From positions 512,001 through 576,000 of the forward strand of contig CAWFSF010000005.1 of NCBI GenBank assembly GCA_963818475.1: a stretch of DNA of 64,000 nt. Direction: 5' to 3'. The DNA is from Nitrospirota bacterium. Lineage in GTDB: Bacteria > Nitrospirota > UBA9217. The notes beneath the pieces are model-generated. The model saw only the letters and a list, made by a program, of their open reading frames with translations, did not search any database and was not told the origin of the DNA. The translations under genes were made by a program, and so were the position numbers. Below, in pieces: positions 60,294 through 64,000 of this stretch (position 1 is the first letter of the stretch; each line of letters starts with the position of its first letter).

Positions 60294-60740
60294 TCAGCAA
60301 CCGCTGGGAACGAATTTGTACACAATGCTGTCGCTGGCAGCGGCCGACACACTGTCGTCCGCATACTTATACCAGACATACACCGTTTTGGTCGCATAAC
60401 CTGCACTCAGGGTAAAAGGGATGCCGGTTGCATGATACGAGGCAACAGGCGTGACGGCAACCCATCCCGCGTCGGCAGCAAGCGGAGCCGTACTGATTTC
60501 TGAAACAAAATAGGCTTTAATGTTGCCGGCAGCAGTCGCCGTTGCATTCAGCGTCAGCGTCACCGCTGTGACGCCTGTGACGGCTGCCCCGTCGTTGATA
60601 CTGATAGGATCGGCAAAATTCGCCGGTGCCGAATCAACGGTGTAGGACTCGCTGCCGCAGCCTTGGATCACCATCAATGTCGTTACGGAGATAATGGTTA
60701 GCGCGAGCGCCAGGAATTTCATGCTTCTGACCTTGTTCAT
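60294..60740 (-). CDS. Lipoprotein with an Ig-like beta domain
   Basis: Lipobox IQGC; ISINDGA..VTLTL..TKTVYVWYK. Confidence 0.7.
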   Translation of the reverse strand: MNKVRSMKFLALALTIISVTTLMVIQGCGSESYTVDSAPANFADPISINDGAAVTGVTAVTLTLNATATAAGNIKAYFVSEISTAPLAADAGWVAVTPVASYHATGIPFTLSAGYATKTVYVWYKYADDSVSAAASDSIVYKFVPSGC

Positions 60741-60771
60741 AAGAGTTAGTCTCCTTATCTTGAGTATGCTG

Positions 60772-61947
60772 TTAGAACCGTGCCTGTATCTGCAGGATCG
60801 CTGTTTTGAAATCCTTACTTATCGCTTCCTTGCTGAAGTCATTTATCGAGTATTCCAGCGTCACTCTCAAGTCCTGCCCCTTTATGTAATAATTGGCGCC
60901 GACGGCCTCCCAGATGATGTTCTGGTCCTGAATACCCTGCAATTCGGCAAATGACCAGTCCTCATAACGCCCGAACAACTGGACTTTCCCGACCATATAA
61001 CCGACTTTCCAATAGGTCCCGTTCTTTTCGCCGTCAATTCCCTGGGCGTCCGCCACCCCGCGCAGTCCCGCTTCGTTGAAATCGGCCTTCAAGTATGCCC
61101 CCGAGACGGTGAACGTCCCCATGTCGGTCGGCTGTTCGAAGAAAAGATCGTAAGAAAAGGCAGTGTAGTCTTCTGCGCCGGTGGTGTTTGACGAATAGAC
61201 CGCGTCGGCCTCGGTCTCGTAGGATGCGCCGAGGGTGAATACTTTTTTCTTTCCGAGATAGGAGCCTTTATATCCGAATCCTGACTCGGGATCGAAAAAC
61301 GAGTAGTGAATGCGGCCCGCATATCGATAGCCCGCGTCGTCCGGTTTGTTCTCGCCGAAATTGTTCCCTTCCATGGCGGCCAGGCGGTACTGAATCTTGT
61401 CGCTTGCGAGATTGCCCCAAACAACAATGCCTTTGTCACGGGTCCTTTTATCCTCGAAGGGTCCGTTAATGAAAATGGACCTGTCCGCGGAGAGGGGGTC
61501 GAAGCAGCCCTCCTGCACCTCGCGGGTGATGATGTGTTTCGTTTTTCCTGCCCGGATCTGGAAGGCATTGGAGACGGTCACTGCTATGTAGCCATCCAGA
61601 AATTTCAGATCGTAATCGCTTGGTTCATTTGACACGGAAAGATCGCCTATCCGCTGTCCGCCGTTGTATTCATACTGCAGAGCGAATGCGAAGGTCTCGT
61701 TCGCCGCCCCCAGGAGACTCAGGCGGTTTCTTCTTAAATAGACGTCCGTGGTGCTGTCTTCGCCTGCCGGGCCTGAGCCTATATCACGCCAGGCGCCGCG
61801 AAGCTGGACTTGATAATCGATATTCAGGAACCCGCCATCGCCGAACTCGGCAACGGTTAATGCCTGTGCTCGCTGGCTTCCCAAACCAAGACAGAGCAGA
61901 CCTGCAATGAAAAAAACTCGAACCCTCGTACTTATGCAATGCATCAT
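60772..61947 (-). CDS. Outer-membrane porin, ExtI / OprO-P-like family
   Basis: Signal peptide; YLRRNRL; RDKGIVVWGN; GYKGSYLGKKKVFTLG; C-terminal F. Confidence 0.8.
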   Translation of the reverse strand: MMHCISTRVRVFFIAGLLCLGLGSQRAQALTVAEFGDGGFLNIDYQVQLRGAWRDIGSGPAGEDSTTDVYLRRNRLSLLGAANETFAFALQYEYNGGQRIGDLSVSNEPSDYDLKFLDGYIAVTVSNAFQIRAGKTKHIITREVQEGCFDPLSADRSIFINGPFEDKRTRDKGIVVWGNLASDKIQYRLAAMEGNNFGENKPDDAGYRYAGRIHYSFFDPESGFGYKGSYLGKKKVFTLGASYETEADAVYSSNTTGAEDYTAFSYDLFFEQPTDMGTFTVSGAYLKADFNEAGLRGVADAQGIDGEKNGTYWKVGYMVGKVQLFGRYEDWSFAELQGIQDQNIIWEAVGANYYIKGQDLRVTLEYSINDFSKEAISKDFKTAILQIQARF

Positions 61948-62142
61948 TCCCCCCCTTAGTTTCCCATTTTTCCAAATGGGATGATGGCAGTCTCATCATC
62001 GTTAAAGCTTCAATTCAAGATTACCGTGAACAACGTGAACAATAGGACCAAAGTATTTTCCCACGCTGTTTTTCAATATCTGCACAGCTGGATCTATAAG
62101 CGAGTGCGGTAAATGATCGAACCTAAAGTATTAAGATGGGGC

Positions 62143-62172
62143 ATAATAACGAAACCCGCCGAGCCCTGTCAA
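62143..62172 (-). promoter_or_regulatory. Candidate sigma70 promoter of the porin-cytochrome cluster
   Basis: TTGACA-18-TATTAT. Confidence 0.5.
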
Positions 62173-62497
62173 CGTGAAGTTCTAATTACAACACATACAA
62201 AGCGATAACTTTAGGGGTGAGGAGGGATATAGTTGCGGAGTATATAAACAATATTGCCTCGCAGGAAGTTCTTTGCCTTCCTTGCGAGGAGTGGAACAAC
62301 GCGGCAGCCTGCTTTCAACGTGTTGAAAAGTCGAACGTCTTATTGTTTACATTTTCACATATTCACCAAATCAGAACGCGGAAGGAGTTTTGCTATGGCG
62401 GTGAAAAATTGCCCTTATGCCAAAAGGAAGGAGTTGTTTTTGTGCGGTTGACGAGTTGGTAATCCGCCGGATGAAGCGAGACTTCCCGTCTGCCCGA

Positions 62498-63385
62498 TCA
62501 GGACCGCCGCTGTCCGAGCACGACCAGTGCCACGCCCGCTACGATGACCAGCATGGCCGTGATGCCCTGCCTGCCGATCCGCTCGTCCAGGACCCAGACG
62601 CCGAGCGCAACGGCAATGACCGGATTCACATATGCATAGCTCGTGGCGAGGGCCGGCCGCACCCTGGTCAGCAAATACACATAAGCGGTAAAACCGATGA
62701 GCGAGCCGACAACGGCGAGGTACAGGACCGCACCGATTGAACGCCAGGTGGGAATAACGAGGAATTGTTCGCCGCTCATGGCGCTGACAACGAGGACGAT
62801 CGCCCCGCCGCAGATCATCTGTGCCGCGCCTGCCATCTGCCCCTGGGGAAGCGAGATCTGCCTGCTCCAGACCGAACCGAAGGCCCACGACAGTGCGGCC
62901 AGAACCAGGGCAGCAAACCCCAGGAGGCTGGCCTGCAGATCGCCCTCCAGGTTCAACAGCGCGATGCCGAAAAGCCCGAGCAGCAGCCCCGCCCATTCAA
63001 AACGACCGGGCCATTCCTTCCAGATGCCGGCGAACAGCACGGCCCAGAGCGGCGTTGTGGCGATCACAAGCGCTGCAAGGCCCGAACCCACCCACTGTTC
63101 TGCATAGGCAACAAAGGCGCTTCCGCCGAGGAACAGGAATCCGCCGATCACGGCTGCATTGCCCCACTGCCGTCTTGTCGGAGCAGGCGTCCCGCGCAGA
63201 CGGAGCACGGCGTAGAACCCGATGCCGACCAGGAAGAAGCGGATGCCCATCAGGAAGAAGGGCGGCAGCTCCTGCAAGGCGATGCGGATGGCAAGGTAGG
63301 TGGATCCCCAGGAGAGGTATACGGCGAGGAGCGCTGCAATGATGCCGGTCCGCGTTCCCTCGGGCTTGAAGGTTGTATCGTTCAT
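62498..63385 (-). CDS. yedA: EamA/DMT family transporter (YedA-like)
   Basis: VYLSWGSTYLAIR, ATSYAYVNPVIAV; 10 TM helices. Confidence 0.85.
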   Translation of the reverse strand: MNDTTFKPEGTRTGIIAALLAVYLSWGSTYLAIRIALQELPPFFLMGIRFFLVGIGFYAVLRLRGTPAPTRRQWGNAAVIGGFLFLGGSAFVAYAEQWVGSGLAALVIATTPLWAVLFAGIWKEWPGRFEWAGLLLGLFGIALLNLEGDLQASLLGFAALVLAALSWAFGSVWSRQISLPQGQMAGAAQMICGGAIVLVVSAMSGEQFLVIPTWRSIGAVLYLAVVGSLIGFTAYVYLLTRVRPALATSYAYVNPVIAVALGVWVLDERIGRQGITAMLVIVAGVALVVLGQRRS

Positions 63386-63407
63386 TTGTAATTGCTCAAG
63401 TCAGCAT

Positions 63408-63672
63408 ATTATCCGCTGATTGCGCGGATTTCACAGATTGAAGCAAACATGTTGTATCCGCAAGAAATAAAAAAGCCGTCTTTGCGAGCGGAGCGAAGCA
63501 ATCTCGTAGTTCGTATCTGCCTGATAAACGGAGATTGCCGCGTCGCTTCGCTCCTCGTAATGACAAAAATGGAGACTTCTTACGAAACCATAAAACCTGA
63601 ATTATGTTTTTTAAATCTGCGTCGCTTAGAAGCGCCTACTTTTGGCCATCTGCGGAATCTGCGGATAAAAGG
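63408..63672. repeat. 9-mer phased palindromic element containing a nested REP-like hairpin element (63478-63565)
   Basis: Outer atccgctgattgcgcggatttcacagatt...atctgcggaatctgcggat; inner gtctttgcgagcggagcgaagcaatctc...gagattgccgcgtcgcttcgctcctcgtaatgac. Confidence 0.75.
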
Positions 63673-63692
63673 ATTTTTTTGTGCAACGCCCT

Positions 63693-64000
63693 TCACACCC
63701 GCTTCATCCGTTCGAGAATCTCGTTCCGCTCCTTGTCCTCGAAGATCCGCACCTTCCCGTACTCGCCGTCATATCCCGGCGCGATATGGACCGTGCCTGC
63801 ACGCATGCGCGCTGATGGCCTCGCGGATGAGCAAGGTGCCTGCCCGTTCGATATCGTCGAGCGGAGCATGGAGCAGGATCTTGAACTCATTTCCGAGCTG
63901 TTCGAGCAGCGGGAAGTACAGCGCCTTCACCTTCTTGGTGTTCACGCCGCACTGCAGACCCTCGGCAATGATGTCGGGCAGGGGAATGATGGATGCAAAG
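63693..64000 (-). CDS. C-terminus of an endonuclease Q / PHP-family protein (frameshifted, truncated by the window)
   Basis: IIPLPDII..LGNEFKILL..PGYDGEYGKVRIF. Confidence 0.75.

Noticed and set aside
1717-64000. Many split genes read as pseudogenes or programmed frameshifts (uup, pepF-like, fadD-like, hgcA, csp, MFS, GlrR-like and others)
   Set aside because: Scattered 1-nt indels in otherwise intact conserved genes, without in-frame stops or slippery-site patterns, are best explained by long-read consensus errors; raw reads would settle it

Overview
Bacterial window (about 55-60% GC). Gene content suggests an anaerobe of the Nitrospirota/Desulfobacterota type; this is inference. It looks like an uncorrected long-read assembly, because many conserved genes are split by 1-nt frameshifts. 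Main content: (i) PAS/two-component signalling, including two paralogous loci that pair a Cys-rich cytoplasmic histidine kinase and a sigma54 activator with sigma54-driven REC-DUF4388-Roadblock/LC7 fusion genes, each with an internal RBS+ATG at the Roadblock domain; (ii) a chrB-chrF-MFS module with clear operators but no chrA; (iii) an integrase-less integron cassette array (5 complete attC sites, 13.07-17.5 kb) capped by a truncated IS110 and an HUH/Y1 transposase with 28-bp inverted repeats; (iv) a cyclic beta-1,2-glucan synthase; (v) housekeeping genes (uup, rsmE, arfB, fadD-like, tpx, csp, pepF-like) and a GlrK/QseG/GlrR-like system with its sigma54 target; (vi) an hgcC-hgcA-hgcB mercury-methylation operon; (vii) an ExtI-type porin / lipoprotein / di-heme double beta-propeller / ABC permease cluster; (viii) about a dozen intergenic palindromic elements built from phased 7-11 nt sub-repeats.
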